This document shows positions 8,622 to 18,107 of a stretch of 64,000 nucleotides of DNA, one piece after another. The notes beneath the pieces were generated by a model that worked only from the letters and a program-made list of their open reading frames with translations, had not been told where the DNA came from and ran no database searches. The DNA comes from a virus. Taxonomy: Duplodnaviria; Caudoviricetes. Both the position numbers and the translations under genes were made by a program. How positions within the stretch are numbered: position 1 is the stretch's first letter; each line of letters starts with the position of its first letter. The DNA is taken from IMG/VR virus record IMGVR_UViG_3300033233_001970. One strand, written 5' to 3'.

Positions 8622-9407
8622 TCAGATGATGGCGCCGTTGAGTTTTATCTGTTCGATGAGACGGCTCACCATAATGGTGTTGCCTGAATCGCCTGTGATA
8701 AGCATGACTGCGGGCGTCACTGTGGTCTTTGGCAATCCACCGTCACCACTCGAGGCGTCGCGAAGACGTGCACTCGGATACACGGCAAGAATGTCCGCGA
8801 TCGAAAAGACCTGCGACTGCCATATCGTTCCAGGCGGAACGACATTGAGCGGAGCGACGCCCGCAAGCGTTCCCGGCGAAACAGGACCGACAACCTGAAC
8901 GGCATTGGGTCCGTTTGGCGGGATGGGTGGCGTCGCGTTCCAGACGTAGTTGAAACGCCCACCGCCGAGCGAAGTTGACGTAAAACAGATCTGCGGTGCG
9001 TTGGTGTTCCCCACGACGAAAATTCGAAAACCTGGTGGCGCGGGAGCTCCTAGCTCAATGACGAGGTTCATATAGACCTCCATCGCGAGATAGTTCGCTG
9101 GATTTTCAGCCGCGTTTTGATGCCACGTGATTTCAAGCGACGCGAGCGCCGAGAGCGGCATCATGTCGAAGCCCTGAATACCGAAAATCGCCTTGTTGCC
9201 GGTCCCGTCACCATTGTATGCGCCCACGGCACTAGTTCCCGTGCGCGTCGTCATCACGGGTGAGGCACTCTGAGCGTTGTCGACGTTGGCATTGTTAACA
9301 GAGAGATCTATCCGGTTTGGAAACACGAACAGCGCTCCACCTCCGCCTCCGCCACGGAGCGCGTAGTCGATGAGCAAATCTGCGCGTGTAAGTCGTTTCA
9401 TTTTCAT
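8622..9407 (-). CDS. Putative virion protein, beta-rich
   Basis: In operon with Gly-rich gene; start moved to ATG 9407 to avoid overlap. Confidence 0.55.
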   Translation of the reverse strand: MKMKRLTRADLLIDYALRGGGGGGALFVFPNRIDLSVNNANVDNAQSASPVMTTRTGTSAVGAYNGDGTGNKAIFGIQGFDMMPLSALASLEITWHQNAAENPANYLAMEVYMNLVIELGAPAPPGFRIFVVGNTNAPQICFTSTSLGGGRFNYVWNATPPIPPNGPNAVQVVGPVSPGTLAGVAPLNVVPPGTIWQSQVFSIADILAVYPSARLRDASSGDGGLPKTTVTPAVMLITGDSGNTIMVSRLIEQIKLNGAII

Positions 9408-9412
9408 GTCTT

Positions 9413-10339
9413 TCAAGCCGGTGCGCCCGTAGCGTCGACCCACCCCGTCGGACTCGCGGGTACGTCCACAAACCAAATCGGACGACCCACCCCAGGAGGC
9501 GCGATACTCGTATCGAAGTACATGGTTCCGATGAGCACGGGTCCGAACGCAGGTGTAGGGCGAAACGCCGTCGGTCCGCTACCTCCTACAGTCGTCGTCG
9601 CGACGTTGATCACGGTACCGGCAAAGAGCGGCGGCGTGCCGAGCTGCGCGAACGTAACGCCACCCGATTCTTGTCGGTACGCGAGCGTGGTTCCGGCTGG
9701 ACCGCTCACGAACGTGGGGTCGAGATTCGCGGTCTCGTCGATGACGGCTGCGATGAGGAAAGCGCCCGCGCTGAGTCCGAACATGCTCGTTGCGGGATTG
9801 CCGACCTTGTAACCAGAATTGAAGCCGATCACGAACACGGCTGCGCCAGGTCCGACGGCGTCGATCATCGGTCGCGTTCCGATGTTCGTGTACTGCGCGG
9901 CGTAAAAAGCAGAGAAGATCGCTGGCGAGCCAGGTCCGACGGGATCGTTCACGAGACACGGCGCAGTCGTCGGTTGACCCGAGAGTTGCATCGCGCCCTC
10001 GATCTTCGAGAGGTTTCGGAGCACCGCGCCGTCGGCGAGCTTGACGATATTGATGTCGTTGGCGCCGAGCCTCGGCTGCGAGAACCAGCACTCGTGAAGT
10101 TCGAACGTGCCGACGGGTATCTGAAGTGCGTTCGCAGTAGGATCGTCGATAAAAATCGGGAATGGGCATTCAGTCGCGTTCACGAATCCCATCACATCCG
10201 CCCACGTCTTTGCGTCGCCACCTCCAGCCGGCTTCCATAAAATGCCGCCGCTGCCCAGTCCGCCACCATTTGTTCTTGATGGAAGAGGGTAGGTGCTCGC
10301 CGCAAAAGACGAGCTATCGCCAGACCGTGAACGTCCCAT
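9413..10339 (-). CDS. Putative spike/tail-fibre protein
   Basis: C-terminal GTMYFDT...GRPIW...GWVDATG, a motif seen at phage tailspike ends. Confidence 0.6.
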   Translation of the reverse strand: MGRSRSGDSSSFAASTYPLPSRTNGGGLGSGGILWKPAGGGDAKTWADVMGFVNATECPFPIFIDDPTANALQIPVGTFELHECWFSQPRLGANDINIVKLADGAVLRNLSKIEGAMQLSGQPTTAPCLVNDPVGPGSPAIFSAFYAAQYTNIGTRPMIDAVGPGAAVFVIGFNSGYKVGNPATSMFGLSAGAFLIAAVIDETANLDPTFVSGPAGTTLAYRQESGGVTFAQLGTPPLFAGTVINVATTTVGGSGPTAFRPTPAFGPVLIGTMYFDTSIAPPGVGRPIWFVDVPASPTGWVDATGAPA

Positions 10340-10382
10340 GCGCAGATTCTATCCGACAATTCGATTCGTTGTCGTTTGAAAA

Positions 10383-11123
10383 CTACGCCTGGTGGCCGCC
10401 GATGGACGCGAGCACGTCTGGATGCGCGACATCGAAAGCGGCATCGTGAATTTCTCCGCGCAGAGCTCGCCCCGTCAAACCCACTGAATCTGGCGCTGCG
10501 TCACGTACGATTTCACCCGTCGCGGCGTCCGGCGAGGGCGGCAAGAATGGCGCGATGGCGATACGCCAAACACCGTGAAAACGTCGTCCGTAAGGATCAA
10601 GACACCCTGGCGCACGAAGCCGAAGCGAGCATCCTGTGCCGTCGGGACCTCCGCCTCCGCCCGCCGTCTCGACCCACCCATCCGTGCGTACGCGACGCAC
10701 CATTTCGACATGCCCGTCCGAGCCTGTGTTCGCCCAGTACGCGATGTCTGCGCCTTGAACGAGAAGCTTGCCGTCGTTTGGGAGCCAAATGAGCGAGCGC
10801 TCGTCGAGCCCGAGATAGATGTAGATTCCACTGGCATTGATTGCAGGGCCAACGCCCGCTCGTCCGCCCCAGATCATGTTCGCTTGCTGCGTGATCGCGC
10901 AGCTTGTGCGCCACGATGCGATCGACACGACGGGCGTCGAACCAATCATGCCCGCTGGATTTCGGCCAGCGTTGACGAAAGACGCGTAGAACGTCGACCT
11001 GACACCGAAGCCCATAGGGCCGCCCGCGAGGGCCTCTTCCCAGATTCTTACCTGTCGATCGGCAACAGATTCGCCTGATCGTTGCGAAAACGAAAACGTT
11101 TCGTCCGAAGAAGAGTCGGTCAT
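10383..11123 (-). CDS. Hypothetical protein
   Basis: 246-aa ORF; TAGATT 6 nt before the ATG. Confidence 0.65.
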   Translation of the reverse strand: MTDSSSDETFSFSQRSGESVADRQVRIWEEALAGGPMGFGVRSTFYASFVNAGRNPAGMIGSTPVVSIASWRTSCAITQQANMIWGGRAGVGPAINASGIYIYLGLDERSLIWLPNDGKLLVQGADIAYWANTGSDGHVEMVRRVRTDGWVETAGGGGGPDGTGCSLRLRAPGCLDPYGRRFHGVWRIAIAPFLPPSPDAATGEIVRDAAPDSVGLTGRALRGEIHDAAFDVAHPDVLASIGGHQA

Positions 11124-11256
11124 CCGATCAATCTACACGGCGAACGCGCGCCATGCCAAGTTCATCGAATCTTCACGCCCTCGCAGCCCGAGACAATCAT
11201 CGACAAAGCGATGGCGACCGAGAGCAATTCGACAGGATATTTGAGAAGAACGTGAA

Positions 11257-11436
11257 TTACCGCCATTTCGAGTGCTCCGGACAAAACCATCCGAACGACG
11301 AGCTCACCACGAACCCGTCCGCCTCGCGCCAGCCAAGGTTACGCGCCTCTTCGAAAGTGAGGGCGTTGTCTTCCTCGGACGCGGTGACTTCTTGCTCACG
11401 GCCGCAGACGCGGCAATCGATACGTACGTGTTTCAC
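11257..11436 (-). CDS. 59-aa zinc-finger protein, absent from the ORF track
   Basis: Hand translation MKHVRIDCRVCG...GW...WFCPEH...*. Confidence 0.6.
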   Translation of the reverse strand: MKHVRIDCRVCGREQEVTASEEDNALTFEEARNLGWREADGFVVSSSFGWFCPEHSKWR

Positions 11437-11477
11437 GGGTCTGGCTTAGTACCGATTTCTTCGAACACGATCAAGGC

Positions 11478-12065
11478 TTATCGTGTCGGCCACCCGTCGG
11501 GCGGCGGACCGTCGCCCCACATCCACGGCGCGCGTCCCTCAACGTAATTCCAGTTGACATACGGTTCGGCGACCTTTTTGCGAATCGTTGTGAGATTGCT
11601 GTTCGATACGTTCACCTCGATCGTGTCAACTTCGAGGTAGTGTTCATTGGCGACAATAAGCACGTTTGCCATGTCCTGAATTCGTCTCGTGTCGTGGAAA
11701 ACAAGTAATCCACCGACGTTTAGTCGATCCCAGGCAATTCGTGCAAATTCTAACCGCAGGTCGTCGCGCCCATCATCGAAAATGAGGTCAAATTGTCGGC
11801 CTTCAATTTCAGCCAACATTTTGTCGTAGGCCAGAAATTTCACTCGTCTGCAAGCGTCCAGTTTGACGAGATTTTCTTCCGTGCGCGATATCCATCCTGT
11901 ATCGGTATCAACGGAGATAATCGAAGCATCTTCGGGCGCAGTCTGTGCAAAAATTTGAGTCGATCCACCAACGCCAAACTCGAGGATTCGCGACGCGCCG
12001 GACGAGAGTTTCGAGAGAATATCCGCATCGTTTACAGACAAATCACCAACAAACACAGGAGTCAT
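11478..12065 (-). CDS. Class I SAM-dependent methyltransferase
   Basis: ILEFGVGGST, FDLIFDDG, LNVGGLLVFHD. Confidence 0.85.
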   Translation of the reverse strand: MTPVFVGDLSVNDADILSKLSSGASRILEFGVGGSTQIFAQTAPEDASIISVDTDTGWISRTEENLVKLDACRRVKFLAYDKMLAEIEGRQFDLIFDDGRDDLRLEFARIAWDRLNVGGLLVFHDTRRIQDMANVLIVANEHYLEVDTIEVNVSNSNLTTIRKKVAEPYVNWNYVEGRAPWMWGDGPPPDGWPTR

Positions 12066-13162
12066 GCTGACCTACTTAGAAACTTCGTCACGGAGAGCTC
12101 GAGGTTCTTTTCGATACGTGGTCGCTCCGAGTTAGGCAGCTTAGGATTAGCGAGCAAACTCTGGTTCGAAGCAATGGCTTGCTGAATCTCGTTGACGTAA
12201 TAAGCGTTGATCGCGAACTCGTCGAGAGCTCCCCATTCGTACACGTAGTTGCTAACAAACAAAATATCCGGCGGCAACTGGACACCAAGACAGGCTTTCG
12301 CGTAAACGTACGCCACAGCGAATCGGAGGCTCGATCGGAAGTACCTGGCGAGCTCGAAAAGCGGCTCGATCCGATGAGGGAGGCGCTCAAATGCCCGCAT
12401 GTATGCCGCAACAATCTCATGCTCTGAGGCGTGAATTTTTTGTTTGAGTCTTGCGATTTCCAGAAGCGAAACAAATGCCTCTTCATAGAAACCGTTCGTC
12501 ATCATCGCTCTACGTTCGTAAACCGTGATAGCTCGAACTGGATCTCCCGCGTCTCTCCAGCTCTGCGCCAAATAAAACACGTATCTCGCGTTATCCGGCT
12601 CTTCTCGGAGCGCGCGTTCCAACACTGTTGCGTCGTTTCTGTACTTCTCCTTTTCAGTGACGAGAGATCTTCCTCCGCCACCGATGCAGTTGTAGACAAG
12701 GCCGCCAATGCGGCCAGGTTTGAACGTCTTGTCACAGGTCGCGTATTCATGAAGAACACCTTCGTACCTGAAACCTATGTCGTTACGAAATAAGTGCATT
12801 CGGTAGTACGACATGCGAGCGTATTCAACACGAAGTTCGTACGCTTCTTTCGTGAGCCCCGGCATCACGAAATTGTCTTCAGTTTTAAGAACATCGTCCG
12901 CGTCGATCACGAGCGCGTATTCAGCTTTGCCCCTAGCAAGCTCGAGAGCTTCGGTTCGATTGGTACCGAAGTTTTTCCATGCACGCTCGTGAAGTTCGCC
13001 CGAAACACCTTCGAGCGATTTCTTAACAAGCTCTTTGGTCTTGTCCGTCGAGCCCGTGTCGACAATACACCATGAATGGATGAGCGGACGAACGGAAGCG
13101 AGGCAGCGTTCAATGACGGCCTCTTCATTCTTCACGATCATCGAAAGACAGATCGTGCTCAC
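12062..13162 (-). CDS. GT2 glycosyltransferase with TPR repeats
   Basis: LSMIVKNEE, IVDTGSTDKT, IDADD, GVLHE, FYLAQSWRDAG. Confidence 0.9.
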   Translation of the reverse strand: MSTICLSMIVKNEEAVIERCLASVRPLIHSWCIVDTGSTDKTKELVKKSLEGVSGELHERAWKNFGTNRTEALELARGKAEYALVIDADDVLKTEDNFVMPGLTKEAYELRVEYARMSYYRMHLFRNDIGFRYEGVLHEYATCDKTFKPGRIGGLVYNCIGGGGRSLVTEKEKYRNDATVLERALREEPDNARYVFYLAQSWRDAGDPVRAITVYERRAMMTNGFYEEAFVSLLEIARLKQKIHASEHEIVAAYMRAFERLPHRIEPLFELARYFRSSLRFAVAYVYAKACLGVQLPPDILFVSNYVYEWGALDEFAINAYYVNEIQQAIASNQSLLANPKLPNSERPRIEKNLELSVTKFLSRSA

Positions 13163-13172
13163 GTCTACATCT

Positions 13173-15091
13173 TCACGGCCAAGAACAGTCCTTACTACGT
13201 CGCGCGATGGCCGACCGAAGCGCCTTGAGCCCCGTCGGAGTGGCCTTGAAGCATTTCCATCCTGGCCGCTTCGTCTTCTGGTGACGGGCGTACCCCTGCT
13301 CGCAGAGCCGTTCGTAACACTTTGCCTGCTTGTCGCGCGCGCACGCCTTGGTGAAGATGGCGAGCTTCGTGAGGGCCTTCAATTCGTTGTGCGTCATCGT
13401 TATTCTCCCAGTCCGAGCGCGACCAGGATCTCCTTACGTTTGTCCTCGTTGAACACGAAGCAAAACCTGTTTCCTCGCGCGCCGAAACCTACGCGGTACG
13501 CGTACCCCGCCTCCCAAACCTCTTCGTATGGTTTCGGCGTGCCCGTGCAGAGCACTTTGCCCACAATCACGAGCTTCACGAGCGCGATCAGCGCCGGTTT
13601 TGAAAGGCTCTGAACCGGCTTAACCGGCCTTGCACTCGCCGGATTCGGGTACGGAATCGATTTCGCTTTCGAGGCCATGGCTCATTGTACCGAAAATTCG
13701 CCCGTCTCTTGCGCGAAATGTCTCAGCTTTGCCATGGCTGCCTCGGCACGCTCTTCCGCCTCTTCGCGCGCGGAGCTTTCCGATACAAGTTGAGCGTGCA
13801 GCTCGTCTCGTTCGGCACGAAGCTTGGAGAGCGTCTCGCGTATTTTCTCGAGCTGCGCGTCGAGCTCTGCGCTTCGCCTATTAGCTTCTCGACACTTGGC
13901 GCATTTGACGATCTTCGCCGACTTCGACGCTTTCAGCGCCGACTCCGGTTTCATTGATAGCTTGTTGCGCAGCTCATCGCGTTCCGCACGAATGCTCGCA
14001 ATCTCTTCAATCCAGGGCATGGTTCGATCCCTTCAGCGTCGGCCGTTGGTAGCAGCGTACTGAGGCGGAACCTGTGCCTGCTGGGGTACCTGCGGTTGCG
14101 GCTCTTCGACGATGACGTTCCGTACACGAATGCCTTGAGCTGTGAGCACCATGACGAGATTGTATTGTTTGAGAAGGAATTCTATTTTGGCTTTCGCCTC
14201 TTTCGCCTGCGCGTAGGAGTTCGGATCGTCAGAGACTTCGATAACTGCTTGAATCGGGATGGTGACGAGCATGATCAGTTTTCTCCGATTCCGTTGCCGA
14301 ACTCTTCTTCGGAATCCATCTCACGAAGAACGCTTTCGTTTTCTTCTTCGCATGGTGGACACATGGTGCTGTCGCAACCGTTGAGCTCGTATCCGCACAA
14401 ACGGCACGTATCGTTTTCTTCTCTCATCTTCATTTCCCCTTCTTAGGCGTGGCGGGGGCTCCGCACGCATCTTTCCATGCTGGTCCACACACTCGTACGG
14501 CAGCCTGGTCAGCGGCCTTCGCCACGCAATCAAACTTCGGGTCCGTGATTTGAGGCGTCGCCTTCAGATGCGTCAGGAGCGAGACGCATGTTGCACCACC
14601 ACCGTCGAAACACGCGCCGCCGTTGCAACCCTCGGAGCAGTTGAGCTTCACGAGATTTGCGCAAACCTGCGCGATGGTCGCGTCTGGCGCTGGTGGCGCC
14701 GCGTCTTGTGGAGGGACAGGGGTCGCGTCAAGAGTTTGAGGCGGCGCCGCGTCGGCTACTGTGGCCGCGTCCGCATCAGGTTGCGGGTTGACAGGACTCG
14801 GAGGGCAGCCCGTAATGAGGAGAGCGAAAAATACGAGTGAAAATTTCATCGTCGTAGAGTCTCCACAATCATCTCCCTAGAAGGAGGATGGTTGAAATCG
14901 CTTCCTTGCCATTTGAGGCGGTAGACAGGGCCAGTGTCACCTGGTTTTTCGACTTCGACAAGTTGAACTTCGGACGTATCGCATCCGAAGTGACGCATTG
15001 CGTATCTCTGGGCGTCGAACCACCTATCTGCCTCGACGTAGATCGTACCAATCTTTGATTGGATTTTTTGCGCTTTCCACATGTCTACCAT
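13173..15091 (-). CDS. Run of small genes: 13173-13397, 13400-13678, 13682-14020 (coiled coil), 14033-14272, 14275-14433, 14430-14849 (lipoprotein), 14846-15091
   Basis: Tightly abutting minus-strand ORFs; 14430-14849 has an ITGC lipobox, Pro/Asp/Ala linker and Cys-rich domain. Confidence 0.65.
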
Positions 15092-15108
15092 TTCCCCTTG
15101 ATGCTCGA

Positions 15109-15978
15109 TTACGCCGCCTGATCAGCCGCTTTCGCGTGAACGTCCATCACGTAAAGATCGGACATGCCTGCGATGAAATCCGCGTTACCGCGCCCGAAAC
15201 CGCCCTCACCCCATGTCGTATCCCACGAATTCACGAACGTGACCTCAATCGACTTCGGATCCTTGCCGTCGTAAGAATATCCTACGGCGTAAATGTAGTG
15301 GCCGCCGAGGATATCGTTCGGGTTCGGCGCGCCGACGACGCCGCTCACGTAATTTTCGAAATCCGAATCGACTTGAACGGCAAAGCAGACAGGAAATCCC
15401 GCTGCGAGCGCCGTCATGATGTCGAGAATCTTCTGGTCGCCTGTCGAATCGATCGCGTAGAAGCCAGTCATCTCGAACGCGGAGGCGGCCTCGAGCTCCT
15501 TAATGGTGGGCTCGTCATTGATGGTCGCTGGATCGGCTGGGTAGTTGCCCCACACCGAAGCCGGCGGGCAACCGAATTCTACGAGGGCGCGCATGTTCTG
15601 GTTCGGCATCGCGCCATCATCCGTGAGAGGCGGAAGCGAACCGTCAGCATTGGGGATGCGATCGAGAGCGCGCGAAAGCGCGTAGGAGCCAATCGGCGAA
15701 ACGAGCTCCACAGGCGCGCCGACGATGGCCATGCGTGTTGTGACAGAGCCACCTGTCGCGTGCCCGGTGCAGGAGCTCGTGGCCTTCTGGTTGATAATGC
15801 CTGGGCCACCGTTGCCCACAACAAATGGCTTGAAGTCGATCGTTTGCGGCAGCGTCGCGAGTGCCGCAAATACCGTCGCGAGCTTCATACGCATGACACG
15901 GAAGCTCGTCTTCTTGTGGTCGACAGGATCAGAAACGTGGCCATAGCCGTTCGGACCGCCAAATTTTCGTGTTGCCAT
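15109..15978 (-). CDS. Papain-like cysteine peptidase (family C1)
   Basis: Q...SSCTGHA, GGHYIYAVGY, NSWDTTWGEGGFG give the Cys-His-Asn triad. Confidence 0.9.
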   Translation of the reverse strand: MATRKFGGPNGYGHVSDPVDHKKTSFRVMRMKLATVFAALATLPQTIDFKPFVVGNGGPGIINQKATSSCTGHATGGSVTTRMAIVGAPVELVSPIGSYALSRALDRIPNADGSLPPLTDDGAMPNQNMRALVEFGCPPASVWGNYPADPATINDEPTIKELEAASAFEMTGFYAIDSTGDQKILDIMTALAAGFPVCFAVQVDSDFENYVSGVVGAPNPNDILGGHYIYAVGYSYDGKDPKSIEVTFVNSWDTTWGEGGFGRGNADFIAGMSDLYVMDVHAKAADQAA

Positions 15979-16021
15979 GTGTAATCCGTATCTGTTTTCG
16001 ATCGTAAAGACTAGCCAAAAA

Positions 16022-16898
16022 TCAGTCGTCGGGGATGCACACCGGACAGAGCGTCGAGCATTCCGGTGAACATTTTGGTTCCCGCGTTGCCGGATCGAGA
16101 CCAGCGCCACTGCATGCGGGGCAGATAAGCGTTCCGTCGCATCGACAGCCGTTTTTCACGGCGTGCTCGCGGTAGCATTTTTCGCAAACCAACCCGCCGT
16201 ACGAGTCAACGAGCAGCACGTCGTGGGAGGGGCACGTTTCGGCGCTCATGTTCGCCGCAAGCCCTTCCGCAGTTGCTTGACCTCACTCTTTTGGTAAAGC
16301 TCGAGATCACGCGTACGCTCTTCAAGCTTGCGTAAAACCATGACAATTTGGTGAAGCGCCGCAACTACGTCGTCGCACAAAAATACCTTCTGCGCCTCTT
16401 CAGCGTAGCACTCGATAAGTTGAAGTCTTCCCTCGAGCTCATTTTGCGCCTTGCGCTTCTTTGGGTTCGTCCGCTCGCGATCCCACATCTTACGTCGATC
16501 GGTTTTCATCAGAATTGCAGCGCGTGCCATCCGCAGGTTTCGTGGGTCATCCCAACACCACGTTTCGACCAGACGCGTTCTCCTGGCGAATATCTGGCTC
16601 CGCACGCCACGCACGTGCCGCCCTTCTTCGTGACCACGTACATGGGCGGTCCTTCCTCGCGAATCGATCGTTGGCGCGCGCGCGGTACGGGAGCTCGGCC
16701 TTTTGGCGCCTCCGATTCCACTTTGCTACTTGGCAATGTGAACCGAATCGATACTTCCTTTTCGTGGCATAATTGGAATAACAAGAATGCCGCGTTACGC
16801 GCCTCGTTCTGCCGGCTCTCGTTTTCGACCTCGTTCGGTCTCAGAATCGCGAGACGGAGAAGCTGGTTCAGCTTGTTTTTGAGGCTTTCGTCACTCAT
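16022..16898 (-). CDS. Three small genes: 16022-16249 (Cys-rich), 16246-16509, 16509-16898
   Basis: Coupled ORFs with CxxC motifs. Confidence 0.6.
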
Positions 16899-17077
16899 CG
16901 CTTCAGTCCCAGCTCCGGCGCAAGCGCCTCGTACCCCTTCGCGAGCATAACGTGCATGGCGTGCGCCTTCGTGATCATCGCGCCACCCATTTTTTTCGAG
17001 ATGGCCGCACGGACGCGCTCGACGCGCTCGTCCTCGTCCGACCTCAGCCGGATGTGCGTGGGGGCCGATTGCTTCAC
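16895..17077 (-). CDS. Possible ribbon-helix-helix DNA-binding protein
   Basis: THIRL strand then two helices; TTGACA upstream at 17113-17108; divergent from the replication operon. Confidence 0.5.
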   Translation of the reverse strand: MKQSAPTHIRLRSDEDERVERVRAAISKKMGGAMITKAHAMHVMLAKGYEALAPELGLKR

Positions 17078-17317
17078 GATTTCGAGTAGTAGCCCAGCGT
17101 ATACGCATGTCAAGCATTAAGATACTAACTGATCACCCGTCCACCAACGTGTTCTCCGTGTACAAAAAAGACCTTTGTCCGTTCGCGCACTTGCAAACTT
17201 TCGCCAAAAGTCGTGTCGATTTTGTTGACCTCTCGCACGTGCAGTGGCTACATGGTCGGCCGAGCTGACGTACAGGCGTCGAGCTCCGTCACCAAAAATC
17301 TAACGAAGGGGAATCCC

Positions 17318-18094
17318 ATGGCAGACGCATGGAAGAGCGCCGAGGAGCAAGTAAAAGCTGCCGGCGGAGATGGGCTGTTTGTGAAGCTCGAGAACGACGG
17401 CGACAAGGTCGTGGGGTGCTTCCTCGGTAATCCCGAGGTGCGTCTCCTCCACTACACCAAGGCTGGCGGATATGAGCCGTTCACGGCGGCACACGAGGCG
17501 GCTGGGGAACGATCTACGCCTCGTACAACGGCAAATTTTTACGTTCCCGCAGAAAAACGAATCAAAATCATCGAGATGAACAAAACGACGTTCAAAGACG
17601 TCATGGGTGTTCGCGAAAAGTATGGTTTCGAGGGGTGGTTTTTCGAGGTCAAACGAAACGGAGCGAAAGGCGACAAGAACACGGTCTACCGCGTCCTCCC
17701 CGATACGCAGATCGGCGCCGAGGATCGCGCCGAAATTGCGAAGCTCAAGCTTCACGATCTCAAGAAAATGTACGAAGACGACGCCGGCTCCGCCGCGACG
17801 GACATGAACAGCTACAAGGGCGCGAACGGTACGACGACAAATGGTGCGGCGGCGGCGGCTGCTGCCCCACCAGGTGAGCCGACGATCGATACGGACACCA
17901 CGGCAGCGCTCGTGAACCGTTTGAAGCTCTTGCCGCGAGAGAAAGTCAACCAATTCCTAGCGGAATTCAAGATCGAGAAGGTGAAGGAGCTGCTCAACAA
18001 GTCGCTTCCCGCCGCGCTCGCGATGGTCGACAAGCTCGAGGGTAAGCCCGAGGCGCCTCCGCCCGCTCCTGCGGAAGTAGACCCGTTCGCCTGA
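17318..18094 (+). CDS. Putative single-stranded DNA-binding protein
   Basis: FVKL...GDKVVG OB-like N-domain, acidic-aromatic tail EVDPFA, first gene of the replication module, AAGGGG RBS. Confidence 0.6.
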   Translation: MADAWKSAEEQVKAAGGDGLFVKLENDGDKVVGCFLGNPEVRLLHYTKAGGYEPFTAAHEAAGERSTPRTTANFYVPAEKRIKIIEMNKTTFKDVMGVREKYGFEGWFFEVKRNGAKGDKNTVYRVLPDTQIGAEDRAEIAKLKLHDLKKMYEDDAGSAATDMNSYKGANGTTTNGAAAAAAAPPGEPTIDTDTTAALVNRLKLLPREKVNQFLAEFKIEKVKELLNKSLPAALAMVDKLEGKPEAPPPAPAEVDPFA

Positions 18095-18107
18095 AAGGCG
18101 GTAGCTC

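Noticed and set aside
17265-17287. Hairpin in the leader of the SSB-like gene as a regulatory RNA
   Set aside because: A single GC-rich hairpin is expected by chance at this composition, and nothing else supports it.
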